A stretch of DNA of 64,000 bases from positions 1-64,000 of the forward strand of contig JACOZN010000005.1 of the NCBI GenBank assembly GCA_016181305.1, read 5' to 3'. The position numbers were made by a program, and so were the translations under genes. Below are positions 1 through 8,583 of the stretch, piece by piece (the stretch's first letter is position 1; each line of letters begins with the position of its first letter). A model generated the notes under the pieces. That model had not been told where the DNA came from and did no database searches. It was given only the letters and a program-made list of their open reading frames with translations. The DNA comes from Candidatus Woesearchaeota archaeon (GTDB taxonomy: Archaea > Nanobdellota > Nanobdellia > Woesearchaeales > GW2011-AR4).

Positions 1-690
1 CGCTTTCTCAAGATTTCCTTTCAATGCATATTCACACATGTCGTGCATCTCTCTCGGTATTATGTTGCTTGCTACAGATATCACCCCTTTGCCGCCAAGA
101 GCCATCAAAGGCAGTGTCAAATTGTCATCTCCAGATAAAACGTCAAAGTTTTTTGGAAGATCGTTTATAACTTCCATCATCTGGGACACGTTTCCAGACG
201 CTTCCTTCACCCCAACAATGTTTGAGTGCTCTTTTGCAAGCCTTGCCAAGGTTGATGTTTCCATATTTACTCCTGCCCTGCCCTGTATGTTGTAGATGAC
301 AATCGGAATATCGACTGCATTTGCAATTGCGCTGAAGTGCCGATACAAGCCTTCCTGTGTCGGCTTGTTGTAATAAGGGCAAACATGTAATGCGGCATTT
401 GCGCCAAGCTCTTTCACCCCATGAGTCATTTCAATGGCGTGCTTGGTTGAGTTGCTGCCTGCCCCTGCAATCACAGGCACTTTTCCCTTTGCAGCATCTA
501 CCACAATTTCTACGACTTTTTCATGCTCCCCATGTTCAAGTAAAGGGCTTTCCCCTGTTGTGCCGCAGGGCACAATGCCGTCAATCCTGTTTTTGATCTG
601 GAATTCCACAAGATTCCTCAAAGCTCCCTCATCTATACCGCCTTTTTCAGTAAAAGGCGTAACAATTGCTGTCATTGCTCCTTTAAACAT
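1..690 (-). CDS. dapA: 4-hydroxy-tetrahydrodipicolinate synthase (partial, runs off window start)
   Basis: Manual translation MFKGAMTAIVTPF...GTTGES...AGAGSNST...PYYNKPTQEGLY...IYNIQGR...VGVKEASG; ATG at 690 overlaps the dapB stop. Confidence 0.95.
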   Translation of the reverse strand, partial: MFKGAMTAIVTPFTEKGGIDEGALRNLVEFQIKNRIDGIVPCGTTGESPLLEHGEHEKVVEIVVDAAKGKVPVIAGAGSNSTKHAIEMTHGVKELGANAALHVCPYYNKPTQEGLYRHFSAIANAVDIPIVIYNIQGRAGVNMETSTLARLAKEHSNIVGVKEASGNVSQMMEVINDLPKNFDVLSGDDNLTLPLMALGGKGVISVASNIIPREMHDMCEYALKGNLEKA

Positions 691-1379
691 CTTGCCTGCC
701 TCCGATTATGCTTTCCATCATATTGTCTATCGTATAAAATCCTTTTTTCCCTTTTATCCACTGCGCTGCCATCAAGGCCCCTGCAGCAAAACCTTCCCTG
801 TTCCTTGCTTCATGTTTCAATTCAATAGTGTCTGCGCTGCTGTCAAACCCCACAACATGGGTGCCCGGAATCGAGCCTGCCCTTATCGAGGCAAAATGCA
901 GCTCGTTTGGGCTTATTTTCCCTTCAGCCCTGTCAAACAGCAGCTTGCCCTTTCTTCTTATGTTTTTAACTAAAATATCTCCAATCGTTTTTGCTGTTCC
1001 GCTTGGGCTGTCAATTTTTTTGCTGTGGTGCAGTTCATACCCGTAAACATCGTACTCCTCCAGTTTGTTCATCATTTTTGCCGCATTTTCCACTATCCTG
1101 AAAAATATATTAACGCCAATTGAAAAGTTTGATGAATACACAAGCCCTATGCCGCTTTTCTTGACAATGCTTCTGGCTTCATCAATTTCATCATGCCATC
1201 CTGTCGTGCCAACCACGATGTTTTTTTTGAATTTTGAGATTTTTCTCTTTACTTATCTCCCTGTGGCTCGCGCTGGATTCAGTTGGGTCTATAGTCGAAA
1301 CTACATTGATGCCCCTTGATTTGGCAGCCTTTGCCACTTCCCGCCCCATTTTCCCGTAGCCTATTATTGCGATGTTCAT
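683..1379 (-). pseudogene. dapB: 4-hydroxy-tetrahydrodipicolinate reductase, split by an internal deletion/frameshift near 1245
   Basis: N-part MNIAIIGYGKMG (1191-1379) and C-part VVGTTGW...E.HH..K.DSPSGTA...H.A.NREGFAAGAL (683-1216) lie in different frames; the usual DVxIDF segment is absent. Confidence 0.85.
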
Positions 1380-1406
1380 GTACCGAAAGGTATAAATATA
1401 CCCTAT

Positions 1407-1423
1407 ATAAACATTGTGTTATT
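1407..1423. promoter_or_regulatory. Palindrome ATAAACA-ttg-TGTTTAT in the 71-bp divergent promoter region; candidate operator
   Basis: Perfect 7-bp inverted repeat between the dapB and ACT-gene starts, next to a BRE/TATA-like ccgaaaggtataaata. Confidence 0.4.
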
Positions 1424-1450
1424 ATAATAACATTTTGAAATATTATTGTT

Positions 1451-2107
1451 ATGCCCACCGTAAGCCACATCGTGAAAAAAATCGTAAGCGAGCAGCCTTT
1501 TGTAGAGGAAGCGCTTGGAAACGGCATAATAAGCATAGCGAATTTGGCGGAGAATATGGTGCCAAGAGTGGAAAAGGAGCTCGGCAGTAAAGTCAAGCAG
1601 GCTGCTGTTGTAATGGCAATAAGGCGGTACGCCGAGGAGATTGCAGGGCACAGGAAGAAGACAAAATCCTTTAATTATGCGGGAGAAATAATAATGAAGT
1701 CCAATATCTGCGATTTTACAGTCATCAAGTCGAATACCCTTCTTGCAAAATTAAAAAACATCCACAATTTGGTGAATTTTGAGAGAGGAGACACGCTTAA
1801 TGTAATTGTAGGCAACAACCAGGTGAGCGTAATAATAAATGAAAAATACATGCAAAATCTGGAGAAATTCCTTTCCGGGGAGAAAATATTGAACAAGGAA
1901 AAGGGGCTTGTTTCATTGACTATCATATTCACCTCGGATGATTTTCTCCATACTCCCGGGATCGTGTTCGACACAGTCAGGAGGCTTGCATGGGAGAACA
2001 TCAACATTTACGAAATTGTCTCGACAATGACGGAGCTGGCATTTATTTTGAGCAAGAGTGATTCAATGAAGGCTTATGAAGTTTTGCAGAAGCTTGTCAG
2101 CAGATAA
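1451..2107 (+). CDS. ACT-domain protein, putative amino-acid-responsive regulator
   Basis: Helical N-terminus plus C-terminal ACT-like segment (TPGIVFDTVRRLAWENINIYEIVSTMTELAFIL); divergent from dapBA. Confidence 0.7.
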   Translation: MPTVSHIVKKIVSEQPFVEEALGNGIISIANLAENMVPRVEKELGSKVKQAAVVMAIRRYAEEIAGHRKKTKSFNYAGEIIMKSNICDFTVIKSNTLLAKLKNIHNLVNFERGDTLNVIVGNNQVSVIINEKYMQNLEKFLSGEKILNKEKGLVSLTIIFTSDDFLHTPGIVFDTVRRLAWENINIYEIVSTMTELAFILSKSDSMKAYEVLQKLVSR

Positions 2108-2116
2108 CAGAAATAA

Positions 2117-2139
2117 TGGGCCCAAGTGGGTGTCGAACC
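2117..2139 (-). repeat. Degenerate second copy of a tRNA 3' end (GGTTCGACACCCACTTGGGCCCA)
   Basis: Shares CTTGGGCCCA with the tRNA 3' end 82 bp away and has a GGTTCGA T-loop-like motif. Confidence 0.6.
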
Positions 2140-2198
2140 AACTGTTCCGCCAGTTGAGTGCGGAAACAAGTGCAATTTTCAATTGCACGGATAAGAAA

Positions 2199-2330
2199 TG
2201 GGCCCAAGGGGATTTCAACCCCTGACCCCCTGATTTCTTTTTGCATTAAGAGTCAGGTGCTCTAATTGCCCCAACCTTTTTGCAAGCAAAAAGCTTGGCC
2301 AAAAACGAGTGCAGGCTGAGCTATGGGCCC
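2199..2330 (-). tRNA. tRNA-Lys(CTT) with a ~45-nt D-loop insertion and a 12-nt anticodon-loop (37/38) intron; T-loop reads TTGAAAT
   Basis: GGGCCCA/TGGGCCC acceptor stem, GCTC/GAGC D stem, CCTGA-CT-CTT-AA-TCAGG anticodon arm once ATGCAAAAAGAA is removed, AGGGG/CCCCT T stem. Confidence 0.8.
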
Positions 2331-2435
2331 GAGAGAACTCCAAGATTTCAGGGCGATTTAAAAGGTTTTCTGAAAAATAATGACAGCCCTATATACTAAA
2401 ATTTAAAACAAAATCAAACAGGATGTCTTATTTGC

Positions 2436-2651
2436 TTACCCGAATTTTCCCTCCCTTGACAGGCCCTCAATCGCTGCCCTCAGCTTCTCAATATGCCTCT
2501 GCAGATCATGCTTCAGCTCCTTGTACTCCTCTGCGCATAATGGATGGTTGTCCTTTTCCGCATCATGCAGGGCGTGCTTCTCGATAAAGCCCACAGCCTT
2601 TGTCAGCTTGTAAAGAAGCTTGGTTTTGTTGTAGTTGCAGTTGCACAGCAT
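2436..2651 (-). CDS. Small helical hypothetical protein (71 aa), possibly ferritin-like half bundle
   Basis: ATG at 2651 preceded by GAGGTGG SD; His/Glu-rich amphipathic helices. Confidence 0.6.
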   Translation of the reverse strand: MLCNCNYNKTKLLYKLTKAVGFIEKHALHDAEKDNHPLCAEEYKELKHDLQRHIEKLRAAIEGLSREGKFG

Positions 2652-2783
2652 ACATACCACCTCTTTTTTATTTGTTCCTGCTATCCTGTTTATATAAATG
2701 TTTCTGAAATTTGAACTTATGGCAGTCATGTTAATTTTCCACAATCTATTTATATAAGCTTGATAAGAATAATCCAAAAGGAG

Positions 2784-3614
2784 ATGATTGAAATAAAAAG
2801 AAGGCATATTGTGTTATTCTTATTTTTTGCAATCGCGCTTATAGCCATAAGCGGCTGCTCAAAGCCCGAGTGCAAGACAAGCGCTGACTGCAGCCCAAGA
2901 ACCTGCTTTGCGGCAAAATGCGAGGATAAAAAATGTGATTATTCACTGAAGCAGAACTGCTGCGGCAACAGGGTTAATGAAAGCATTGAAGACGGGAAGC
3001 CGGGCAACTCGTGCACCTGCCCCCAGGATTACGGGAAATGCGAAGGCAAGGGCAAGGTAAAAATCGGCTCAAGGCTTGAAGATGCGGCATACGTGCGCTA
3101 TTTGTGCAATGCCGACAGCCAATGTGTTTTGGGAGTTGACAAAAATGATGTAATCCAGCAGAACTTTTTGGATACGCTTGACATAGGTATCTTGAAGGCA
3201 AGTTCTGTCATCAAATACCCAAAGCCGTTTGACGTGAAGAAGGACAGCTTTGAATTCACATTATCCATAGACAATGCAGCTGCTGACGTCATACTGCCCG
3301 TAAGGATTACAAAGATAAGGCTTCTGCTCAGCAGCGAGTACACAAGGACCGAGCAGCTTATTTCAGAGCAGGAGCTTGACAGCACTCTCAATGAAATTGG
3401 TGACCGGGCAACGATAAGGGTGCCTATTAACCTGAATTACAGGCCGCAGGAAGCAGAGGAGGCAGGCGGCTTAAGGTATGTGATAGACTATGTCTACAAA
3501 AAGAAAGTGCTCAGCAGCAGAGCCGCAAACGGCACAGGCATATACACAGACGAGATAGTCAGGGCGTCTTTTACAGCGCCTCCCAAGCCCGTTATCTTTG
3601 TGAGAAGTGGATAA
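2784..3614 (+). CDS. Cys-rich secreted lipoprotein-like protein
   Basis: Hydrophobic signal ending ISGC, Cys-rich N-domain, beta-rich C-domain; AAGGAG upstream of the ATG. Confidence 0.75.
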   Translation: MIEIKRRHIVLFLFFAIALIAISGCSKPECKTSADCSPRTCFAAKCEDKKCDYSLKQNCCGNRVNESIEDGKPGNSCTCPQDYGKCEGKGKVKIGSRLEDAAYVRYLCNADSQCVLGVDKNDVIQQNFLDTLDIGILKASSVIKYPKPFDVKKDSFEFTLSIDNAAADVILPVRITKIRLLLSSEYTRTEQLISEQELDSTLNEIGDRATIRVPINLNYRPQEAEEAGGLRYVIDYVYKKKVLSSRAANGTGIYTDEIVRASFTAPPKPVIFVRSG

Positions 3615-3615
3615 A

Positions 3616-4149
3616 ATGCTTGGCAAAAGAGCTATAGAGCTGTCGCTTAATTTTATCGTCATACTCATAATCTCAATAGTTATATTCGGCTTTGGAGTCA
3701 GGTTTATATCCAAGCTTTCCAGAGAGGCAATAGATATAGAAAAAATAACTACAGAGCAGCTTGATGAGATAATAGGCGATTTGGTTTGCGAGGGCTCTGA
3801 CAGGGTTTGCATAGGCACAGACAGGAAAACAATAAGCAGGGGGAAGTGGGACACTTTTGGAGTCAAAATAATAAACATAATTGACGGGCAGCATTTTCTA
3901 ATAGCAGTCTCAAGGCCCAATATCCGGGGCTACACAAAAAACAAGGTTGAACTAAGGGCAGAAAATCTCGTATGGAATCCCAAGGAAAGGGATGTTTTTA
4001 TAGGCAAGAATGAGGAGGAAACCCTTGGGATTGCCATTCAGGTTCCGCCAAGCGCAGTTTCAGGCACCTACATCTTCAATGTTGAAATCAAGGCTGCTGA
4101 CGGCAGTCTCTACTCAAACGTGCAGAAATTATATGTGGATGTGCCTTAG
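3616..4149 (+). CDS. Archaeal type IV pilin-like protein (class III signal peptide)
   Basis: MLGKRA/IELSLNFIVILIISIVIFGFG: basic residues, then hydrophobic stretch. Confidence 0.7.
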   Translation: MLGKRAIELSLNFIVILIISIVIFGFGVRFISKLSREAIDIEKITTEQLDEIIGDLVCEGSDRVCIGTDRKTISRGKWDTFGVKIINIIDGQHFLIAVSRPNIRGYTKNKVELRAENLVWNPKERDVFIGKNEEETLGIAIQVPPSAVSGTYIFNVEIKAADGSLYSNVQKLYVDVP

Positions 4150-4150
4150 G

Positions 4151-4915
4151 CTACCCCACAGCCTCAACAATCTCGGCAAAGCTTTTTGCGTCTAGAGAGG
4201 CGTTCCCGACCAGGCCTCCGTCAATATTGGGCATTGCCAAAAGCTCTTTTGCATTTTCGGGCTTCATCGAGCCGCCGTAAATAATTCTTGTATTCTTTGC
4301 AGCTTCTTCGCCGTACATTCCCTCAAGAAGTTTTCTTATGAATAGGTGAGCATCTTCTGCATCCGCCTTTGTTGCAGCTTTCTGGCTTGGATTGCCCCTG
4401 CTGATTGCCCAAACAGGCTCGTAGGCGACAACAAGCCCCTTGGGATTGGCGACATCTTTAAGGCATTTCAGCAACTGGTCTTCAAGCTCGTCCTCAGTCC
4501 CGCCGTGCCGCCTCTGCTCAAATGTCTCGCCAACGCACAAAATGGGCTTCAAGCCGTGATTTAAGGCAGCAATAACCTTTTTGTTGATTAAACTGTCATT
4601 TTCGCCAGATTCCCTTCTCTCTGAATGCCCCAGAATAACATATTCGCAGCCGATTTCCTTCAGCATCAAGGGCGAGATTTCTCCGGTATAGGCTCCTGAA
4701 TCTTCAAAATTCATGTTTTGGGCGCCTAAATCAATGTTACTGCCTTTCAATTCATTAGAAACAACTTGCAATGAAGTAAAAGGAGGGCAGATTACAATTT
4801 CAACATTTTTTATATTTTTAATTAATTTTTTAAATTCACTAATAAAAGAAACAGCTTCCTTAATTGTCTTGTTCATCTTCCAGTTTGCTGCTATCAACTG
4901 CTGCATTTTTGCCAT
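4151..4915 (-). CDS. tpiA: Triosephosphate isomerase, bacterial-type
   Basis: AANWKMNKT, GAYTGEIS, GHSERR, AYEPVWAI, YGGS, DGGLVG motifs; 254 aa. Confidence 0.97.
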   Translation of the reverse strand: MAKMQQLIAANWKMNKTIKEAVSFISEFKKLIKNIKNVEIVICPPFTSLQVVSNELKGSNIDLGAQNMNFEDSGAYTGEISPLMLKEIGCEYVILGHSERRESGENDSLINKKVIAALNHGLKPILCVGETFEQRRHGGTEDELEDQLLKCLKDVANPKGLVVAYEPVWAISRGNPSQKAATKADAEDAHLFIRKLLEGMYGEEAAKNTRIIYGGSMKPENAKELLAMPNIDGGLVGNASLDAKSFAEIVEAVG

Positions 4916-4929
4916 TTAGTATGTACCTC

Positions 4930-5190
4930 TTATTTTAATTTTTCCCTGATAGCATTCTCTATCTCGTCAATTACTCCTAAGGCTCCACAATTTCCGGTAT
5001 CTGTATTGCATTTTTGACCTTGCGGACAAGTTCTTGCTTCATATAAACAAGAACCAGTATTAGAATTGCATGAATCAATAGTACAGAGATTATTATCATT
5101 ACAAGATACATTTTTACATTTATCAGTTTCACATCCATTAATAAATAATGCCAAAGCTATTACAAAACCAATTAATATAGTTTTTTTCAT
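4930..5190 (-). CDS. Small Cys-rich lipoprotein-like protein
   Basis: MKKTILIGFVIALALFINGC signal; CNDNNLCTIDSC motif. Confidence 0.7.
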   Translation of the reverse strand: MKKTILIGFVIALALFINGCETDKCKNVSCNDNNLCTIDSCNSNTGSCLYEARTCPQGQKCNTDTGNCGALGVIDEIENAIREKLK

Positions 5191-5246
5191 TTGTTTTGTA
5201 TTGTCCAAGATTTTGACTATTCGGTTTATCGTAAAATAGTCTGTTA

Positions 5247-6404
5247 TTATATCTCCTTAATTAAATCTTCATTTTTAATTTCTGAGCTTATTTTTTTTGT
5301 TGCAATTATATCATATTTATCTTTTAACAAAGATAAAATTTTTTCAGCTAAAAGCTTGTCATTTTCTGAGGAAGTTTCTCCTATTATAACCAATACTTGG
5401 TTAGCATAAACAAAAACACTGACTTTATTTTTAAATTCCGCAATTGTAACCTCACTTTTTAATCTGGTTTCATAGTTGTTACCTATTTCGCTTTCTAAAT
5501 CTTTTGTGAGATTTGCAATCAGGATTATATCGCTTGCAGGTCCATAATCATCTGCAATAAAGTAAATTTTTTGCAAGGTTGGTGCAGGAACTTGTTGTTG
5601 TGGTTCTGATTTTGTCGCAGAAGACTCCCCTAAAGGTTTTACACATCCGCATAAATTACCATCGCAAGTTGCAGCCCAAGCCTCGTTGATTGAACTGCAG
5701 TAATTGAAGCACATGCTAAGTTCACTATTTGACGTGACATCACAAGGCTCACCTTCTTTTATGATTTGCTCTTTTCCAATAGTTTGTATTATGGCATTTG
5801 CGTACTGCTTATCCTTTTCTCCAGATTCAGGAGCTGATAATAAAATAGCATATTTTTGTCCTTCTTTAAATCTAGTATATAGGGATATTGATTTTATAGG
5901 TGGTGTAAAATCTTTCACCACATTAGCATCTACGATTTTTTTAGCTGACCAAAAGAAAGATTGGGTGTCGCCAGAAAATTTAATATCAATTCTTATTTTT
6001 TTGTCGGGGTCCCCCGCTTCTTTTAATGTGGACATATCTACTTCATAAAGGCTTTCACCAGATATTGGAAATTTAAGTTGATTTTCTAGATGCAAGCTCC
6101 AGCTATTTAGCAAGAACCTTTCAAAGCCCCCTTCACCTTCAACTCTTATAAATTCCTCTGTTATTTCGATTTTTCCATTTTTTTTAAGTTCTACAATCCC
6201 ATAAAGGACTTTAACGTCCTTATCAACTCCGCCCGCAATCTGCAGTAGCCAATTATCCGGATTTACACTAACTGGTTTTGCCACAAATTCCGCTGCATAA
6301 ACAACTTTAATTTCATCAAATTCATATCTTGCCAGTTCCTGTGCATTAACAAGTAAAATATCTAAAGAAATTAGCATCAAGATTATCGTAATTATTTTTT
6401 TCAT
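5247..6404 (-). CDS. Secreted hypothetical protein (AT-rich)
   Basis: 385-aa ORF with Sec signal (VNA/QE) and a small Cys cluster. Confidence 0.75.
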   Translation of the reverse strand: MKKIITIILMLISLDILLVNAQELARYEFDEIKVVYAAEFVAKPVSVNPDNWLLQIAGGVDKDVKVLYGIVELKKNGKIEITEEFIRVEGEGGFERFLLNSWSLHLENQLKFPISGESLYEVDMSTLKEAGDPDKKIRIDIKFSGDTQSFFWSAKKIVDANVVKDFTPPIKSISLYTRFKEGQKYAILLSAPESGEKDKQYANAIIQTIGKEQIIKEGEPCDVTSNSELSMCFNYCSSINEAWAATCDGNLCGCVKPLGESSATKSEPQQQVPAPTLQKIYFIADDYGPASDIILIANLTKDLESEIGNNYETRLKSEVTIAEFKNKVSVFVYANQVLVIIGETSSENDKLLAEKILSLLKDKYDIIATKKISSEIKNEDLIKEI

Positions 6405-6425
6405 TCTTTTACAAGTTTAATGTTT

Positions 6426-7097
6426 TTATCTAATCTTTTTATTCTTTTTGCTTTTTGACTTCAATGCCATGACAGCGCCTATCAGGATTATGGATGCAGA
6501 CGCCAGCATGACGCCTTTTGATATCCTTAAGCCCAAGTCCATAAACAGCTGCTCGGGGTACAAATTTACAATCATCTCTTTTGCAGGATCAAACAAATAT
6601 GTTCCCTGCTCAAACAGCAGCCTGTGGAACGACTCGAATGTTGATGAAAAGCCGAAGCTTATCAGAAAAAACAATATTGCTGCAAGAGCTATTGTCAAAA
6701 TGCCGCCGAAAAAAAGGACCTTGCCGACGAAATTTATTATGTAATGGTTGACTTTTAATATTAATGCCGAGGCTATGAGCAGCAGTATGAACATGGCTGT
6801 AAGGGCGTAAAGCAGCAGGGTTGATATTCTGACGGCATTCCTGACATCAAGCAGGTGCAGCCTTTCCCTTTCGTTAAATTCGTTTGGAAGCTCGTTGCTC
6901 TTTCCGCCTATGAAATTCATCACCTTTTCGTGCAGTGAAAAAGCATTCGGGACATTCTGCTGCACACCGTATTCTGAAAATTTTTTTTGATAAAACGAGC
7001 TGTCAAAACTCATGAGGTTCAGCACAAGCAGAAACAGCAGAAACGGCAGAATAAGAATCATCAGGAATTTTGCTATAGGTGTAAATGTAAATCCCAT
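6426..7097 (-). CDS. Integral membrane protein, DUF1461/TIGR01906-like
   Basis: ER.HL.DVR, F..FH.L.F and W/Y.FDP...M..LYP..F motifs; 4 TM segments. Confidence 0.8.
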   Translation of the reverse strand: MGFTFTPIAKFLMILILPFLLFLLVLNLMSFDSSFYQKKFSEYGVQQNVPNAFSLHEKVMNFIGGKSNELPNEFNERERLHLLDVRNAVRISTLLLYALTAMFILLLIASALILKVNHYIINFVGKVLFFGGILTIALAAILFFLISFGFSSTFESFHRLLFEQGTYLFDPAKEMIVNLYPEQLFMDLGLRISKGVMLASASIILIGAVMALKSKSKKNKKIR

Positions 7098-7098
7098 C

Positions 7099-7506
7099 TT
7101 AGCTGTCCATCATTATTACTTTCTTCTCGTCTTCGACTGCCTTTTTGATTGCGTCCTCGATTGTTTTTGCATCCTTTTTTTTAGGGGCATTTCTGGCTTC
7201 TTCCCTGCCCTCTTCAAATACCATCCTTGCAGCCTTGAACGGTATCTCTTTCTCATCTATCGCTTCTTTTTCCTTTTTCTCTTCCTCAAGGTCAAAAGCG
7301 TCAGTAGCCTTTTTTTCATCTTTCTCTTTCTGCTCCTCTTTTCTCATGTAGTCTGACGAGGGGTCTTTTCCCCCGGGGCCGTATTTTTGCTCGTGGTACT
7401 TTTTGTCGTCTTTCCTGTCCGGTGGGGAGCCTGCATATTTGGAGCTATGATAACCTTCAGAATGTATGTTCCACTTGTCCTCTTCTGACAATTTTGCCTT
7501 GTACAT
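7099..7506 (-). CDS. Highly charged hypothetical protein
   Basis: 135-aa ORF packed between neighbours, K/E-rich. Confidence 0.65.
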   Translation of the reverse strand: MYKAKLSEEDKWNIHSEGYHSSKYAGSPPDRKDDKKYHEQKYGPGGKDPSSDYMRKEEQKEKDEKKATDAFDLEEEKKEKEAIDEKEIPFKAARMVFEEGREEARNAPKKKDAKTIEDAIKKAVEDEKKVIMMDS

Positions 7507-7507
7507 C

Positions 7508-7663
7508 TTAAGATGCGATAAGCCCGCCCCATACGGGCTTTTTAATCCTGTAGCCCCTCTTAATCAGCAAATCCGCTTCCCTGCTGTTCCTCTCAAGCAC
7601 CATTGCCTCAAATTCAAAGTCAAAAGCATCATTTGGCTCCAAAAACGGGTTTAGGCTGTTCAT
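7508..7663 (-). CDS. Small hypothetical protein (51 aa, MNSLNPFLEPNDAFDFEFEAM...)
   Basis: Manual translation; AGGAG upstream; stop 1 nt before the next ATG; below the ORF-track cutoff. Confidence 0.5.
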   Translation of the reverse strand: MNSLNPFLEPNDAFDFEFEAMVLERNSREADLLIKRGYRIKKPVWGGLIAS

Positions 7664-7721
7664 TCTGCAAGCACTCTCCTTTTTAAACTTTTTGTTTTTA
7701 ACTACTTAAAAGTAACTCTAA

Positions 7722-8045
7722 TTACGCCTTAGTTAAAATCAGGTCTATCTTGCTCCTGAGCTGCGCCTCGGGGTAAGCACCTATTATCCTGTCGACCTCC
7801 TTTCCCCTGCTGAATATTATCATGCACGGTATCCCTCTCACGTCGTGCTGCGTTGCAATCTCCTGGTTGTCATCAACATTCAGCTTTGCAAATTTCAGCT
7901 TGTTTGCATACTCGCTTGACAGCTTTTCAAGGACAGGGCTGACTATCCTGCACGGCCCGCACCACGGCGCCCAGAAATCAACAAGGGCAGGGAGCCCGCT
8001 TTTCAAAATTTCGCCTTCGAAAGTGTCTTTTGTCAAGTCCAGCAT
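7722..8045 (-). CDS. trxA: Thioredoxin
   Basis: DFWAPWCGPC motif, 107 aa. Confidence 0.97.
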   Translation of the reverse strand: MLDLTKDTFEGEILKSGLPALVDFWAPWCGPCRIVSPVLEKLSSEYANKLKFAKLNVDDNQEIATQHDVRGIPCMIIFSRGKEVDRIIGAYPEAQLRSKIDLILTKA

Positions 8046-8076
8046 TTTATTAGGAGCTATTGCTGAATTTTAGAGC

Positions 8077-8583
8077 TTACCTGAAAATCAGGTACCTTCT
8101 TCTGTCAATGTCCATGTCTATGAAAGAGTCGCATTCCTGCTTCAGCATCGAGGAGCTGGATTTCCCGAATGCAATAGCCTCAATCCTGCAGCCGAGCGCG
8201 TGCCTCAGGTGCTGAACCAAAGGCACATAGTCGCCGTCGCCGCTCACAATAACAATAGTGTCAAGCTTGGGCGCCAGCTCAATCGTGTCCATCGCCAATC
8301 CTATGTCCCAGTCGCCCTTTTTCGCGCCTCCTGCAAAAATCTGCAGATCCTTCGCCCTTACCTCAAAGCCGATTTTTTCCAGCGCATCAAAAAAATTCTG
8401 CTCCTCCTTGACATCTGCCTTTATTACATAGGCGATTGCCCTTATAAGGCTCCTGTTGCCAACCGCAGCCTTCAGTATCTGCGCAAAGTTAACCTTTGCG
8501 TTGTAAAGGTTTTTGGCAGAGTAATACATGTTCTGCACATCGACAAACACGCCCACCCTCTGATCCTTGAAATGCATTGTCAC
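8077..8583 (-). CDS. NYN-domain (LabA/DUF88) protein
   Basis: VFVDVQN, KGDWDIGLAMD, SGDGDYVPLV motifs. Confidence 0.92.
   Translation of the reverse strand: MTMHFKDQRVGVFVDVQNMYYSAKNLYNAKVNFAQILKAAVGNRSLIRAIAYVIKADVKEEQNFFDALEKIGFEVRAKDLQIFAGGAKKGDWDIGLAMDTIELAPKLDTIVIVSGDGDYVPLVQHLRHALGCRIEAIAFGKSSSSMLKQECDSFIDMDIDRRRYLIFR

Noticed and set aside
1221-1228. Programmed frameshift at the A8 tract of dapB
   Set aside because: Shifting frame there would not restore the missing conserved segment; a deletion explains the data better.
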